Assembly (NCBI GenBank): GCA_902625455.1
Contig: CACOBL010000002.1
Coordinates: 561 to 64,560, forward strand
Length of the DNA: 64,000 nucleotides
From: an uncultured Candidatus Actinomarina sp.
Lineage (GTDB): Bacteria > Actinomycetota > Acidimicrobiia > Actinomarinales > Actinomarinaceae
Direction: 5' to 3'
A program made the translations under genes and the position numbers. Under the pieces are notes generated by a model, which was not told the origin of the DNA, searched no databases, and saw only the letters and a list, made by a program, of their open reading frames with translations. Each line of letters starts with the position of its first letter. Positions within the stretch are counted from its first letter, which is position 1. Positions 48,818 through 58,773 of this stretch are shown here, piece by piece.

Positions 48818-49676
48818 CTTCTATCTAGTAAATAAACCTAAAACTTGGACTTCTCAAGATCTCTGTACAAAAATTAAAAAAACTTATAAATTTAGAAAGG
48901 TTGGTCATTCAGGCACTCTTGATCCGAATGCGGAAGGTTTAATGCTTATAGCAACTAATGGTTTTACCAAACTTTTTGACTATATTGAAAACTCTGACAA
49001 GACATACAAAGTAAAAGCTTTGATTGGATATTCATCTCCCACTTTAGATATAGACTCAGAATTTAATAAAATCAGAGATATCCATGTTTCTTCATACAAA
49101 AAAGAAATTGAATCCTTTCTGGTTGGTATTCTTGGAAGTTCTTCTCAAACTCCTCCAATATTCTCTGCAATTAAAGTAAAAGGGAAAAGATTGTATAAAT
49201 ATGCAAGACAAAATAAAGAAGTAGACATCCCAAAAAGAACAATCCATGTAAAAGATACTCAACTTCTAAGCACAGTGGGTTCTGAAATTGAATTCTTAAT
49301 CACAGTTAGTAAAGGAACATATATTAGAAGTATTGTTTATGATTTAGGAAAACACCTTGACACTGAAGCAATAGTTAAAGAATTGGTAAGAACTAAAGTT
49401 GGAAACCATGACATAAATGATCCGGAAGTTGTTATGAACGCTAAATTACTTGATCCGGATTACGTAATGAAACCCATAAATTGGGAGTCATTGTTGACTC
49501 TTCCTCATATAGATTTAGATAAAGAAAGTAATTTATTAATAAAAAATGGCCAATTTTTATCAAATGATTTATTTGAAGAAAAGACAAAACATATAGTCAC
49601 TATTGAAAATGAAATTAAAGCTATTTACGAACCATTTAACGATAAATATTTCAAACCAGATAAAGTGATAATATGA
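48801..49676 (+). CDS. truB: tRNA pseudouridine(55) synthase
   Basis: 'GHSGTLDPNAEG' (catalytic Asp motif). Confidence 0.85.
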   Translation: MNLSSNFYLVNKPKTWTSQDLCTKIKKTYKFRKVGHSGTLDPNAEGLMLIATNGFTKLFDYIENSDKTYKVKALIGYSSPTLDIDSEFNKIRDIHVSSYKKEIESFLVGILGSSSQTPPIFSAIKVKGKRLYKYARQNKEVDIPKRTIHVKDTQLLSTVGSEIEFLITVSKGTYIRSIVYDLGKHLDTEAIVKELVRTKVGNHDINDPEVVMNAKLLDPDYVMKPINWESLLTLPHIDLDKESNLLIKNGQFLSNDLFEEKTKHIVTIENEIKAIYEPFNDKYFKPDKVII

Positions 49677-50566
49677 AAACTTATTTAAGTTTTAGTAAAG
49701 ATGATTCGATTGAATCTTTAGTTGACGCAACATGTATTGGAGCTTTTGATGGTGTACATAAAGGTCATGTAGAGTTAATTAAAAAAACAAAAGAAATAAG
49801 CGAAAATTTTCAAATTGTAACCTTTAACGTTATACCTAAAATTTATTTTGATAAACAACTTAAACCATTATTGAGCAGTAAACAAAGATCAGATATATTT
49901 AAAAAATATGATCCTGTAAATCTTGTCTATTTAAAATTCGAAGAAATTAATCAAATTTCACCACGAGAATTTCTTAATCTATTAAAACATAATCTCAAAA
50001 CACAAAAAATTGTAGTTGGTAGAGATTTTAAATTTGGTAAAAATAGAAAAGGTGATATACGTACTTTAAAAAATTTCTTTGGAAGCGATAACGTAATAAT
50101 AATTGATGATTTTTATGTCAAAAACGATAAAGTTTCATCTACAAAAATTAGAAACTATTTGAATGAAGGAAATATAGAAAAAGTAAATCTCCTTCTCGGA
50201 AGAGAATATGAAATTTCAGGCAAAGTAGTAAAAGGTCTAAGATTAGGATCAAAATTAGGATTTCCAACTGCGAATATAAAATTTAAACATGATTTTTATT
50301 ATCCAAAACTAGGTGTGTATGAAATAGAGTGTGAGTTAAATAATGAAATACACAAGGGTATTACAAATATTGGCTATACACCAACAGTAGTTGACAGAAA
50401 GGTATTAAAAGTAGAGGCTCATTTATTTAATTTTGACAGAGATATTTATGGTAAAGAAATTAGAATTCGATTGAAAAGCTTTATCAGAGATGAGATAAAA
50501 TTCGATTCTTTAGATGAACTCATAAACCAAATTAAAAAGGATATTGATTCAATAAAGAATAAGTAA
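49673..50566 (+). CDS. ribF: bifunctional riboflavin kinase/FAD synthetase
   Basis: 'IGAFDGVHKGH' N-terminus and 'GFPTANI' kinase domain. Confidence 0.85.
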   Translation: MKTYLSFSKDDSIESLVDATCIGAFDGVHKGHVELIKKTKEISENFQIVTFNVIPKIYFDKQLKPLLSSKQRSDIFKKYDPVNLVYLKFEEINQISPREFLNLLKHNLKTQKIVVGRDFKFGKNRKGDIRTLKNFFGSDNVIIIDDFYVKNDKVSSTKIRNYLNEGNIEKVNLLLGREYEISGKVVKGLRLGSKLGFPTANIKFKHDFYYPKLGVYEIECELNNEIHKGITNIGYTPTVVDRKVLKVEAHLFNFDRDIYGKEIRIRLKSFIRDEIKFDSLDELINQIKKDIDSIKNK

Positions 50567-50608
50567 TAATCTTCACTTTAGATATATCGACTACTATTAT
50601 TATCACGA

Positions 50609-50866
50609 ATGAAAACAAAGCAAGATATTATAAAAGAATACGGTAAATCAGAGACTGATACTGGTTCTACAGAAGTTCAAGTTGCTTTGTTAAGTAGTAG
50701 AATTGACCACTTAACTGAACACTTGAAAACACATAAGAAAGATCACCATACAAGAAGAGGTCTTTTAATGTTAGTTGGAAAAAGAAAAAGACTTCTGCAG
50801 TATTTGCAAAACCAGGATGTTCAAAGATATCGTGATATTATAGAGAAACTTGGCTTAAGAAGATAA
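50609..50866 (+). CDS. rpsO: 30S ribosomal protein S15
   Basis: '[35 protein letters not shown]'. Confidence 0.9.
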   Translation: MKTKQDIIKEYGKSETDTGSTEVQVALLSSRIDHLTEHLKTHKKDHHTRRGLLMLVGKRKRLLQYLQNQDVQRYRDIIEKLGLRR

Positions 50867-50884
50867 AAAATAGACCTTGCGTTG

Positions 50885-50919
50885 TTAATTGAGAGCTTTT
50901 GTCGAAAGCTGACAATTAA
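50885..50919 (+). promoter_or_regulatory. pnp leader stem-loop (candidate RNase III / autoregulatory hairpin) in the rpsO-pnp intergenic region
   Basis: TTAATTG-(ag)-AGCTTT-tgtcg-AAAGCT-(ga)-CAATTAA: a 7+6-bp interrupted stem upstream of the pnp RBS 'AAAGAGG'. Confidence 0.5.
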
Positions 50920-50945
50920 TAACCTTGGTCACTGAAAGAGGTTAT

Positions 50946-53249
50946 ATGTCTATAGATAATGTAAAAGTAAGTATTGGAAATTCGGAAATTGGATTTGAAA
51001 CAGGAAAATTAGCTCTACAAGCTCCTGGTTCTGTTGTTGTTACATCTGGAGATACCAATGTATTAGTAACAACCGTTGCTAACAAATCAGTTAGGGATGG
51101 TATAGACTTCTTTCCATTAACTGTTGATGTTGAGGAGAGAATGTACTCCGCGGGAAAAATTCCCGGAGGATTTTTTAGAAGAGAAGGTAGGCAAACAGAA
51201 AAAGCTATTTTGGCATGCCGTCTAATTGATAGACCACTAAGACCATCCTTTAAAGATGGATTTAGATGCGAAACACAAATTATTGCAACTGTTTTAAGCG
51301 TTGATAATGAGAATGAGTATGATATTTTAGCTCTTAATGCAGCTTCACTCGGTTTACAATTAGCTGGAGTACCACTTGAATCAGCAGTTGGAGCAGTGAG
51401 AATGTCATTAATTAATGACAACTGGGTTGTTCAAGCAACAAATTCAGAGTTAGAAGAATCGGTATTTGATATGGTTGTTGCAGGAAGTTTAAACAGTAGT
51501 GGCGAAGTAGATATCGTTATGGTTGAAGCTGGTGCTACAGATAATGCACTTTCAATGATAGAAGAAGGAAGCATTGCTCCTTCAGAAAATATTGTTGCTG
51601 ACGGTATCGATTCATCAAAAGAATATATTGCAAAATTAATAGAAGCTCAAAAAGAGCTAGTTGCAAAAAGGGAAGTTCCTCAAGTGGAATGGCCTATTGT
51701 TGAAGATTTTTCTGAAGAATTGAAAAATCAAATTAATGAAGAGTTTGGTTCTGATATTGAATCAGCAACAGCCTTAACAGATAGAGCTGAAAGAAGTGAA
51801 AAGCAAAATCAGCTTGAAGAACAAGTTATTGAGAAATACCTTAGTGAAGATGAGGATAATACAAAAGCAATTAAATTGGCCTTCAAATCAATTGTTAAAA
51901 ATACTGTAAGAGATAGAGTATTATCTGGAGGATCAAGACTAGATGGAAGAACTCCTACAGATATAAGAAATATCTCTGCGGAGATAAATTTACTTCCAAC
52001 AGTACATGGTTCATCTTTATTTTTAAGAGGTGAAACTCAAGTATTAAATGTAACAACATTAGGCATGTCTAGATTAGAGCAGATGCTAGATACCATTGAT
52101 ACGGTTACATCAAAAAGATATATGCATCATTATAACTTTCCGCCTTATTCAACTGGGGAAGCTTATCCAATGAGAGGACCAAAAAGAAGAGAAATAGGTC
52201 ACGGTGCATTAGCTGAAAAAGCTTTAGTACCTGTAATTCCACCTAAAGTAGATTTCCCATACACAATTAGAGTTGTTAGTGAGGCAATCTCATCTAACGG
52301 ATCTACATCACAAGCATCAGTTTGTGCATCTAGTTTATCCTTGATGGCTGCTGGTGTTCCAATTAGAGAGCATGTTGCAGGAATAGCTATGGGCTTAATT
52401 TCAAAAGATGATAATTATGTAACCTTAACAGATATTTTGGGAGCTGAAGATGCTCTTGGTGATATGGACTTTAAAGTGGCTGGGACTAGAAATGTAATAA
52501 CTGCATTGCAATTAGATATGAAAATAGAAGGACTTCCAGCTGACGTATTAAGAAAAGCGTTAAACCAAGCTATGGATGCTAGGCATCACATTCTTGATAT
52601 TATGGAAGACACCATAGCTCAACCAGCAGAGAATCTTTCTGGAAATGCACCTAGATTAGAAAATATTGAATTACCAAAAGACAAAATTGGTGAAGTAATT
52701 GGACCAAAAGGTAAAAATATTAGAAAAATTGAAGAAGAAACAGGTTGTTCTGTTGAAATTGACGATGATGGTATCTTAACTTTAGGTTCTACTGAGGAAG
52801 AAGCAATAGCAGCTGGTAAAGAAATGGTCATGTTGATTATTGATCCACCAGAAGCAGAAGTTGGAGCACAGTATGATGGTGAAGTAGTTAGCGTTGCTAC
52901 ATACGGAGCATTTGTTAATATCCTTCCTGGTAGAGACGGTTTATTACATGTTTCTAAATTTCATTCAACTAAAAGAGTTAATAACACAGAAGCTGTTGTT
53001 TCAGTAGGGGACAAGATTAAAGTCAATGTTGATTCAATTGAGAATGGTAAAGTAAGCCTTTCTCCAGTTGAGGACTTAGAAATTCCCGAAGAGGCTGAGG
53101 GTGGAGAGTCTAAAAACTCAAGAGACAGAAAACCTTCTAGATCAAGAAATAATAATAGAAACGGTAGAGATAAAAAGCATGGTGGCAATAAAAAATCTTC
53201 AAATAGAAAGAGAGTATCTTTTGAAGATGAATTTGAAAAAGGTCTCTAG
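50946..53249 (+). CDS. pnp: polyribonucleotide nucleotidyltransferase (PNPase) with basic C-terminal tail
   Basis: Two RNase PH domains, a KH domain ('IGEVIGPKGKNIRKIEEETG') and an S1 domain. Start ATG 50946 sits 6 nt after the RBS. The tail is 'NSRDRKPSRSRNNNRNGRDKKHGGNKKSSNRKR'. Confidence 0.9.
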   Translation: MSIDNVKVSIGNSEIGFETGKLALQAPGSVVVTSGDTNVLVTTVANKSVRDGIDFFPLTVDVEERMYSAGKIPGGFFRREGRQTEKAILACRLIDRPLRPSFKDGFRCETQIIATVLSVDNENEYDILALNAASLGLQLAGVPLESAVGAVRMSLINDNWVVQATNSELEESVFDMVVAGSLNSSGEVDIVMVEAGATDNALSMIEEGSIAPSENIVADGIDSSKEYIAKLIEAQKELVAKREVPQVEWPIVEDFSEELKNQINEEFGSDIESATALTDRAERSEKQNQLEEQVIEKYLSEDEDNTKAIKLAFKSIVKNTVRDRVLSGGSRLDGRTPTDIRNISAEINLLPTVHGSSLFLRGETQVLNVTTLGMSRLEQMLDTIDTVTSKRYMHHYNFPPYSTGEAYPMRGPKRREIGHGALAEKALVPVIPPKVDFPYTIRVVSEAISSNGSTSQASVCASSLSLMAAGVPIREHVAGIAMGLISKDDNYVTLTDILGAEDALGDMDFKVAGTRNVITALQLDMKIEGLPADVLRKALNQAMDARHHILDIMEDTIAQPAENLSGNAPRLENIELPKDKIGEVIGPKGKNIRKIEEETGCSVEIDDDGILTLGSTEEEAIAAGKEMVMLIIDPPEAEVGAQYDGEVVSVATYGAFVNILPGRDGLLHVSKFHSTKRVNNTEAVVSVGDKIKVNVDSIENGKVSLSPVEDLEIPEEAEGGESKNSRDRKPSRSRNNNRNGRDKKHGGNKKSSNRKRVSFEDEFEKGL

Positions 53250-53250
53250 A

Positions 53251-53766
53251 CTACTTTCTGTTTCCAGTTAATGTTGTAGGATTTGTTGGTTCGGTAGTAA
53301 CGTAAGCATCTGGATTAATTTCTGATACTATTTTTAGAACTTCTTTTAATCTTTTTCTTGGTGTAACGCACCATGTAATACTGACTTCACCCTGCAAGCC
53401 TTCCCCATTAACAATTGTGACTCCAAAACCCTTTTCTCTCAATTCTTTAGCAACCCCCATACTTTCAGTATCTTTTGGAGCAAAAATTCTCACAACAATG
53501 TCGCCAATTGCAATTGTATTTTCTATGTAAGACCCCATGATTGTTCCGGATGCAAAACCTAGTGCATATCCAAAAATTAAAAATGGATCATTTAAATCTT
53601 GAATTACCTGAGATATCGCTACTACCCAAATTGCTGATTCAATGAATCCCATCACAGCTCCAAATACTGGCTTACCTTTATTGACATATAGCACTCTTAA
53701 AGTACCTAATGTTTGATCTAATAACCTTAGAAAGAAAATTGAAAGTGCTGCTAGTAAGATGTCCAT
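53251..53766 (-). CDS. UPF0316/DUF2179-family membrane protein
   Basis: Three N-terminal TM helices plus 'LREKGFGVTIVNGEGLQGE...VTPRK', resembling Firmicutes UPF0316 proteins. Confidence 0.55.
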   Translation of the reverse strand: MDILLAALSIFFLRLLDQTLGTLRVLYVNKGKPVFGAVMGFIESAIWVVAISQVIQDLNDPFLIFGYALGFASGTIMGSYIENTIAIGDIVVRIFAPKDTESMGVAKELREKGFGVTIVNGEGLQGEVSITWCVTPRKRLKEVLKIVSEINPDAYVTTEPTNPTTLTGNRK

Positions 53767-53787
53767 ATTCGTATTGTACGATTTATA

Positions 53788-54543
53788 TTATTTTATTGTG
53801 TCAGTTAATTCTTTATAAACTTTAGACATTTTTTCATATGTCTCTTCAACTAATTCATCGATAGTATCTTTGGTATACTTTGTAATATCAATAGGCTCAA
53901 GTGTGTTAATAATCGCTTTACCACTTTTCATAAATTTTTCACCTCTAGGCCAAATATCACCTGTCCCGGCAATAACAACTGGAAGGATTGGAATATTGTT
54001 ATCAAGAGCAATATGAAAAGCTCCGCTTTTAAAAGGTAAAAAGTTTTCTTTTTTTGCTCGAGTGCCTTGAGGGTAAACCATAATGGACCAGCCGTTTTTG
54101 AATAGTGTTTTTGCTTGTTCGTTTATACTTTTACGATCATTTTTGTCGGATCTGTCAACTTTTATAAAATTAAACGATTTTGCTGCTGTTCTAAAAAAAG
54201 GTAGTTTGTAAACTTCTTTTTTTGCCATAAATACCCATTTAATTTTTAAATATCTAAATTGCATCATTGGATCTAAATTTGATAAATGATTAGAGATTAC
54301 AACATAGGGTTGATTTTTTTTATAATCATAATTCTTTATTAAAGTAACTTTAGATCTTGCTGCCCACATCCATGGTATTGTCCAACTTTGGGCAATATAG
54401 TATTTTAATTTCGTAAATTTATCAAATAAACCTACAAACCAAATTGAATAGGCAACTGGTATGGTGTAAATGCCCATAATCAATAGATTTATCCATGTGA
54501 GTAATTTGTTCTTCAACATGGTGTAAGTGTAATGTAGAATCAT
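53788..54543 (-). CDS. plsC: 1-acyl-sn-glycerol-3-phosphate acyltransferase (PlsC family)
   Basis: 'ISNHLSNLDP' (HX4D) and 'YPQGTR' motifs. Confidence 0.75.
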   Translation of the reverse strand: MILHYTYTMLKNKLLTWINLLIMGIYTIPVAYSIWFVGLFDKFTKLKYYIAQSWTIPWMWAARSKVTLIKNYDYKKNQPYVVISNHLSNLDPMMQFRYLKIKWVFMAKKEVYKLPFFRTAAKSFNFIKVDRSDKNDRKSINEQAKTLFKNGWSIMVYPQGTRAKKENFLPFKSGAFHIALDNNIPILPVVIAGTGDIWPRGEKFMKSGKAIINTLEPIDITKYTKDTIDELVEETYEKMSKVYKELTDTIK

Positions 54544-54557
54544 TTACATAATAAATT

Positions 54558-55070
54558 ATGTTAGAAAAAATAGAATTAAGGAAGAAACTAAAAAATATTT
54601 CATTGGTCAATGATGAATACTCTCACTTAGTTATTGATAAGTTGCAGAATATAATTAAAGATAAAATTGTTTGTACTTACCTACCACTAGAAAATGAAAT
54701 CAACATCAATATGCACCTGAAAGGACAATCAGTATTGTCTACTACTTGTTTACAAGATGAAGAAATAAAGATTTGTATTTATGAAGAACCATTTGAAAAA
54801 AATAGCTTTAATGTTTTTCAACCTGTTAATTTAAAAATTATTAACAACGTTGATATATTTTTGGTACCTGGAGTTGGATTTGATAAAAAAGGTACTAGGC
54901 TTGGCAAGGGTAGGGGTATTTATGATCAGCTACTTTCTAATTATTTGGATTCAATTTTTATTGGGGTTACAGATAATAACCATATACTGGATTATATTCC
55001 TTTAGAAAATCATGATATTCAAATGCACAGTTTGTTAACTCATGATGAATTTATTGATATTAATTTATAG
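54558..55070 (+). CDS. 5-formyltetrahydrofolate cyclo-ligase
   Basis: 'VPGVGFDKKGTRLGKGRGIYDQLL'. Confidence 0.75.
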   Translation: MLEKIELRKKLKNISLVNDEYSHLVIDKLQNIIKDKIVCTYLPLENEININMHLKGQSVLSTTCLQDEEIKICIYEEPFEKNSFNVFQPVNLKIINNVDIFLVPGVGFDKKGTRLGKGRGIYDQLLSNYLDSIFIGVTDNNHILDYIPLENHDIQMHSLLTHDEFIDINL

Positions 55071-55082
55071 TATCCTTTACAT

Positions 55083-56123
55083 ATGGAAGTAAGCGTAAAT
55101 GTTGGTTATTTTGGTCCACATATTTCAAGTGAAAAAAACTTAATTAAAGAATTAGATGAAATAGGAATATCGTGTATTTGGACAGCAGAAGCATATGGAT
55201 ATGATGCGGTTACTCCACTTTCATATTTTGCTGCATTAACAGATAATATCAAATTAGGTTCCGGCATCATGCAAATTCCTGGAAGATCTCCCGCAATGAC
55301 AGCAATGACAGCTGTTACTATTGATAAACTTTCAGGTGGTAGATTTAGATTGGGGATTGGTGTTTCTGGGCCACAAGTTGTAGAAGGTTGGCATGGGGTT
55401 GCTTATGGAAAGCCATTAAAAAAGACTCGAGAATATGTACAAATAGTTAAAGACATTTTACAAAGAGATGGAAAGACTTCTTTTGAAGGTGAGTTCTACA
55501 ACCTACCTTACAATGGCATTGACGCATCTGGTTTAGGAAAACCATTAAAACTAATTGAAGAACCTCTTAGAAGCGATATTCCAATATATCTTGCAGCTAT
55601 AGGACCTAAAAATATTCAACTAACTGCCGAGATTGCTGACGGATGGCTTCCTTTCATGTATTCACCAACACTTGGAGATAAATTTTTTAATCAATTTTTA
55701 GAAAAAGGTTTTGAAAAATCTGGTGATCCAAATAAAAAAGATAAATTTAACATATCCGCTCCTGTTTTTGCAAAGATATGCGACGAATCTGAAAGAAATA
55801 TATATCTTGCACCTGCCAGAAATAATTACACACTGTATGTTGGCGGAATGGGTGCAAAAGACAAAAACTTTTACTTCAATTTGATGTGTGAATATGGTTA
55901 CGAAGAAATTGCTACACAAATTCAGGAATTGTATTTAAAAGGAGAAAAAGCAGAAGCTGAGTCAATTTTTCCTGAAGAATTGTTAAATGACTTAACTCTT
56001 GTTGGCTCTAAAGAACGAATAAAAGAAAAACTTGAAGACTGGAAGAACTGTAACGTTACTGAACTGTCTGTAGCAATACCATTAGACATAGATACTATAA
56101 AATTTATCAAAAGTTGTTTGTAA
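55083..56123 (+). CDS. LLM-class (luciferase-like) flavin/F420-dependent oxidoreductase
   Basis: 'CIWTAEAYGYD', 'LGSGIMQIPGRSPAMTAMTAVTIDKLSGGRFRLGIGVSG'. Confidence 0.75.
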   Translation: MEVSVNVGYFGPHISSEKNLIKELDEIGISCIWTAEAYGYDAVTPLSYFAALTDNIKLGSGIMQIPGRSPAMTAMTAVTIDKLSGGRFRLGIGVSGPQVVEGWHGVAYGKPLKKTREYVQIVKDILQRDGKTSFEGEFYNLPYNGIDASGLGKPLKLIEEPLRSDIPIYLAAIGPKNIQLTAEIADGWLPFMYSPTLGDKFFNQFLEKGFEKSGDPNKKDKFNISAPVFAKICDESERNIYLAPARNNYTLYVGGMGAKDKNFYFNLMCEYGYEEIATQIQELYLKGEKAEAESIFPEELLNDLTLVGSKERIKEKLEDWKNCNVTELSVAIPLDIDTIKFIKSCL

Positions 56124-56633
56124 ATGAATGATCTAACACCAGAAAATATTAATGTAGCAACTTGGAAGATTCCTAGTCCGTTAGGCATAATTGGAAGCCA
56201 TGCCAATGGAGAGTTTAACGGTATGACTGCAAGTTGGATAACCCAAGTAAGTATGGACCCACCTTTGATAGGTGTAGGCATAGATAATAAAAGTGTAACT
56301 TTTAATTTAATGAATCAAAGTGAATTTTTTTCTATCAACATGTTTTCACCTGACTACACAAAAGTTTTTGTTAAATTTTCTAAACCTGCAGAGTATTCAG
56401 AAGGGTATTTGAACAAAGAACCAATTACCTTAACTGAAAATTCAGTTCCAATATTCGATAATGCAACTGTTTGGTTAGAACTTAAAACCGAACAAAAAAT
56501 TAATTTTGGTACTCATACTTTTTTTGTTGGTGAAATTATTAATTGTAAATCATTATTACCTGAAGAAAGAGTCGCATACATGGGGGATACACGCATGAAG
56601 TACGGGGGCGTTCCAAGAGGAGGGCACGAATAA
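56124..56633 (+). CDS. flavin reductase-like FMN-binding split-barrel protein
   Basis: 'LGIIGSHANGEFNGMTASWITQVSMDPPLIGVGI'. Starts 1 nt after the LLM stop. Confidence 0.75.
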   Translation: MNDLTPENINVATWKIPSPLGIIGSHANGEFNGMTASWITQVSMDPPLIGVGIDNKSVTFNLMNQSEFFSINMFSPDYTKVFVKFSKPAEYSEGYLNKEPITLTENSVPIFDNATVWLELKTEQKINFGTHTFFVGEIINCKSLLPEERVAYMGDTRMKYGGVPRGGHE

Positions 56634-56637
56634 GTAG

Positions 56638-57336
56638 GTGAAGAAATATTTTTATTTATTGATTTCAAATATTTCTTTATTTGTTATTTTTCCACTTATT
56701 CGATTAATAAGTAAATCTTTTTATGAAAAAAAGATACTACCGTTTGTACTCAATTTAACATGCAATTCAAAGCCAATAGACTATCAAAGAAAAAAGGTTA
56801 TTCCTGAAGCAAGCGGTAAAGTCTTAGAGATAGGAATAGGACCTGGATCAAATCTAAAACATTATGATAATCAAAAAGTAACAAGCATTTTAGGTATTGA
56901 TCCTTCAAAAGAGTTAAATCAAATTGCAAAAAAAAGAGCAGAGAAAAATAACTTAAATGTTGAATTCTTAATTGAATCTGCAAGTAGTATATCAGTCGAA
57001 AGTAATTCTATTGATACCGTGGTAAGCACTTATGCATTGTGCTCTATTCCAGAACCTGAAAAAACACTAAATGAAATTAAAAGAGTTCTAAAGAATGACG
57101 GAATATTTATATTTAGTGAACATGGGTTATCTCCCAACAAAAGGATTTCATTTATTCAAAACATAACTGATTTCTTTTATCCTCAAATTGCTGGCGGCTG
57201 TCATACGAATAGAAATATTGAAAAATTAATTACAGATAATGGATTTCAATTTTTAGATTTAAACAATATATATCTTCCTGGAACTCAAAAATTTTTAGGT
57301 TACAACTATTGGGGTAAGGCAAAAATCAGCTCTTAG
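56638..57336 (+). CDS. class I SAM-dependent methyltransferase with N-terminal TM anchor
   Basis: 'VLEIGIGPGSNL' motif I and an N-terminal hydrophobic helix. Confidence 0.7.
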   Translation: MKKYFYLLISNISLFVIFPLIRLISKSFYEKKILPFVLNLTCNSKPIDYQRKKVIPEASGKVLEIGIGPGSNLKHYDNQKVTSILGIDPSKELNQIAKKRAEKNNLNVEFLIESASSISVESNSIDTVVSTYALCSIPEPEKTLNEIKRVLKNDGIFIFSEHGLSPNKRISFIQNITDFFYPQIAGGCHTNRNIEKLITDNGFQFLDLNNIYLPGTQKFLGYNYWGKAKISS

Positions 57337-58225
57337 TAACAGCTAATATTGCCTCGACACACTCTTTCGGATTATCTTCTTGGACAAAGTGCCCACCTTG
57401 AATTGTCTTGTGTGGTTGATTTTCACAACCAGGAACAACTTTGGTAAATGCTTTATCAACACCTTTAAATATATGATCTTGTTCACTGAAAACACATAAA
57501 AAAGGTTTATCCCATTTTTTTAATTCTTTCCATGCATTTCTGTTGTATTCAGAACTTGGATCATCTGGTGTTACGGGTACTATCATTGGAAATTGTCTTG
57601 CTGCTTCTTTATATGAATCATCTGGAAATGGTGCGTTGTAAGCATCGATTACGTGTTGTTCTAGACCATTAACAGTTCCACCTTTTACAATTCCCCCAGC
57701 ATGGAAATTCTCAACTGTTTGTGCATAATTTTTCCAGCTTTCAAATGCTTCACCTGGTGACACATCACCTGTAGGTAACCCAGTATTACTTAAAACTACG
57801 CTACTAAAATTTTTCTGATTATCTACTACAAGTCTTAAACCTATTAATCCTCCCCAGTCTTGTCCAAACAGAGTTATGTTGTTTAAATTCAAATCTCGCA
57901 ACCAAGCATTCATCCATGCTACGTATTTTTCATATGTATAAGCTGTTCTTTCAGACAGCTTGTCTGACTTCCCAAAACCAGGCAGATCAGGCACAATTAC
58001 TCTTAAATTATTCTCAACTAGAGGATTTATAAATTTCCTATAAATATACCCCCAGTCAGGTTCTCCGTGAAGCAAAAGTACGGTTTTATTATTTTCTGAC
58101 CCTTCGTCAACATAATGAATTCTTAAATCTCCATATTCCGAATTTAATGTGTAGAAATGTTCTTTGTAATCCCATTCTTTAATGCCTTCGAAATCTGAAG
58201 GGTTGTTTTGTAGTATTTTTACCAT
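57326..58225 (-). CDS. haloalkane dehalogenase-family alpha/beta hydrolase
   Basis: 'LLHGEPDWGYIYRKF' (HGxP oxyanion segment) and 'FGQDWGGLIG' (Asp nucleophile). Confidence 0.7.
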   Translation of the reverse strand: MVKILQNNPSDFEGIKEWDYKEHFYTLNSEYGDLRIHYVDEGSENNKTVLLLHGEPDWGYIYRKFINPLVENNLRVIVPDLPGFGKSDKLSERTAYTYEKYVAWMNAWLRDLNLNNITLFGQDWGGLIGLRLVVDNQKNFSSVVLSNTGLPTGDVSPGEAFESWKNYAQTVENFHAGGIVKGGTVNGLEQHVIDAYNAPFPDDSYKEAARQFPMIVPVTPDDPSSEYNRNAWKELKKWDKPFLCVFSEQDHIFKGVDKAFTKVVPGCENQPHKTIQGGHFVQEDNPKECVEAILAVTKS

Positions 58226-58234
58226 ACTTTTATT

Positions 58235-58750
58235 TTACAGATTATGAATAACGTTTGTTACAACACCCCAAACAAATGCTTCACTCTCGTCTGCAATGAA
58301 AATTGGATCAAACGCTTCGTTTTCCGGTTCTAAGATGATTCTTTTACCTTTTTTACGATATCTTTTCACTGTAAGTTCATTGTCTACAACAGCAATGACT
58401 ACTTTTCCGTCTTCAGCTTTTAAGCTTCTATCTACTACTAAGATATCGTCTGGAAATATACCAGCATTAATCATGGACTCTCCAGATGCTCTTACCAAAA
58501 ATGTTGATGCAGGATGTTTAACCAAATATTGATTTAAATCTATTTTGTCTTCTAAATAGTCGTCTGCAGGGGATGGGAACCCTGCAGCAACCTTATTGCT
58601 ATAAATCGGCACTTCATATAAACCTTTGTTGATGACCTCAGAGATATACTTAACCTTACTTATAGGAATACGGACAGCTTTTGTCTGCTCTCCATACTTG
58701 CCTTGACCTTTTGGTCTACCAGCTCCTTTTCTTACTCCACCTCTTGGCAT
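58235..58750 (-). CDS. umuD: UmuD-like S24 peptidase (translesion polymerase V accessory subunit) with basic N-terminal extension
   Basis: 'GFPSPADDYLEDKIDLNQYLVKHPASTFLVRASGESM' (Ser nucleophile) and 'VKRYRKK' (Lys). No winged HTH. The first 30 aa are 'MPRGGVRKGAGRPKGQGK'. Confidence 0.7.
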   Translation of the reverse strand: MPRGGVRKGAGRPKGQGKYGEQTKAVRIPISKVKYISEVINKGLYEVPIYSNKVAAGFPSPADDYLEDKIDLNQYLVKHPASTFLVRASGESMINAGIFPDDILVVDRSLKAEDGKVVIAVVDNELTVKRYRKKGKRIILEPENEAFDPIFIADESEAFVWGVVTNVIHNL

Positions 58751-58773
58751 AAAAATGTCTTTCTTTTTTCTTA

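Noticed and set aside
50925-50945. TTG start for pnp at 50925
   Set aside because: It lies within or just after the leader hairpin. The ATG at 50946 is correctly spaced from the RBS AAAGAGG.
58235-58750. Calling the S24 peptidase LexA
   Set aside because: There is no winged-HTH DNA-binding domain, and its size and motifs match UmuD. It is also divergently paired with umuC.
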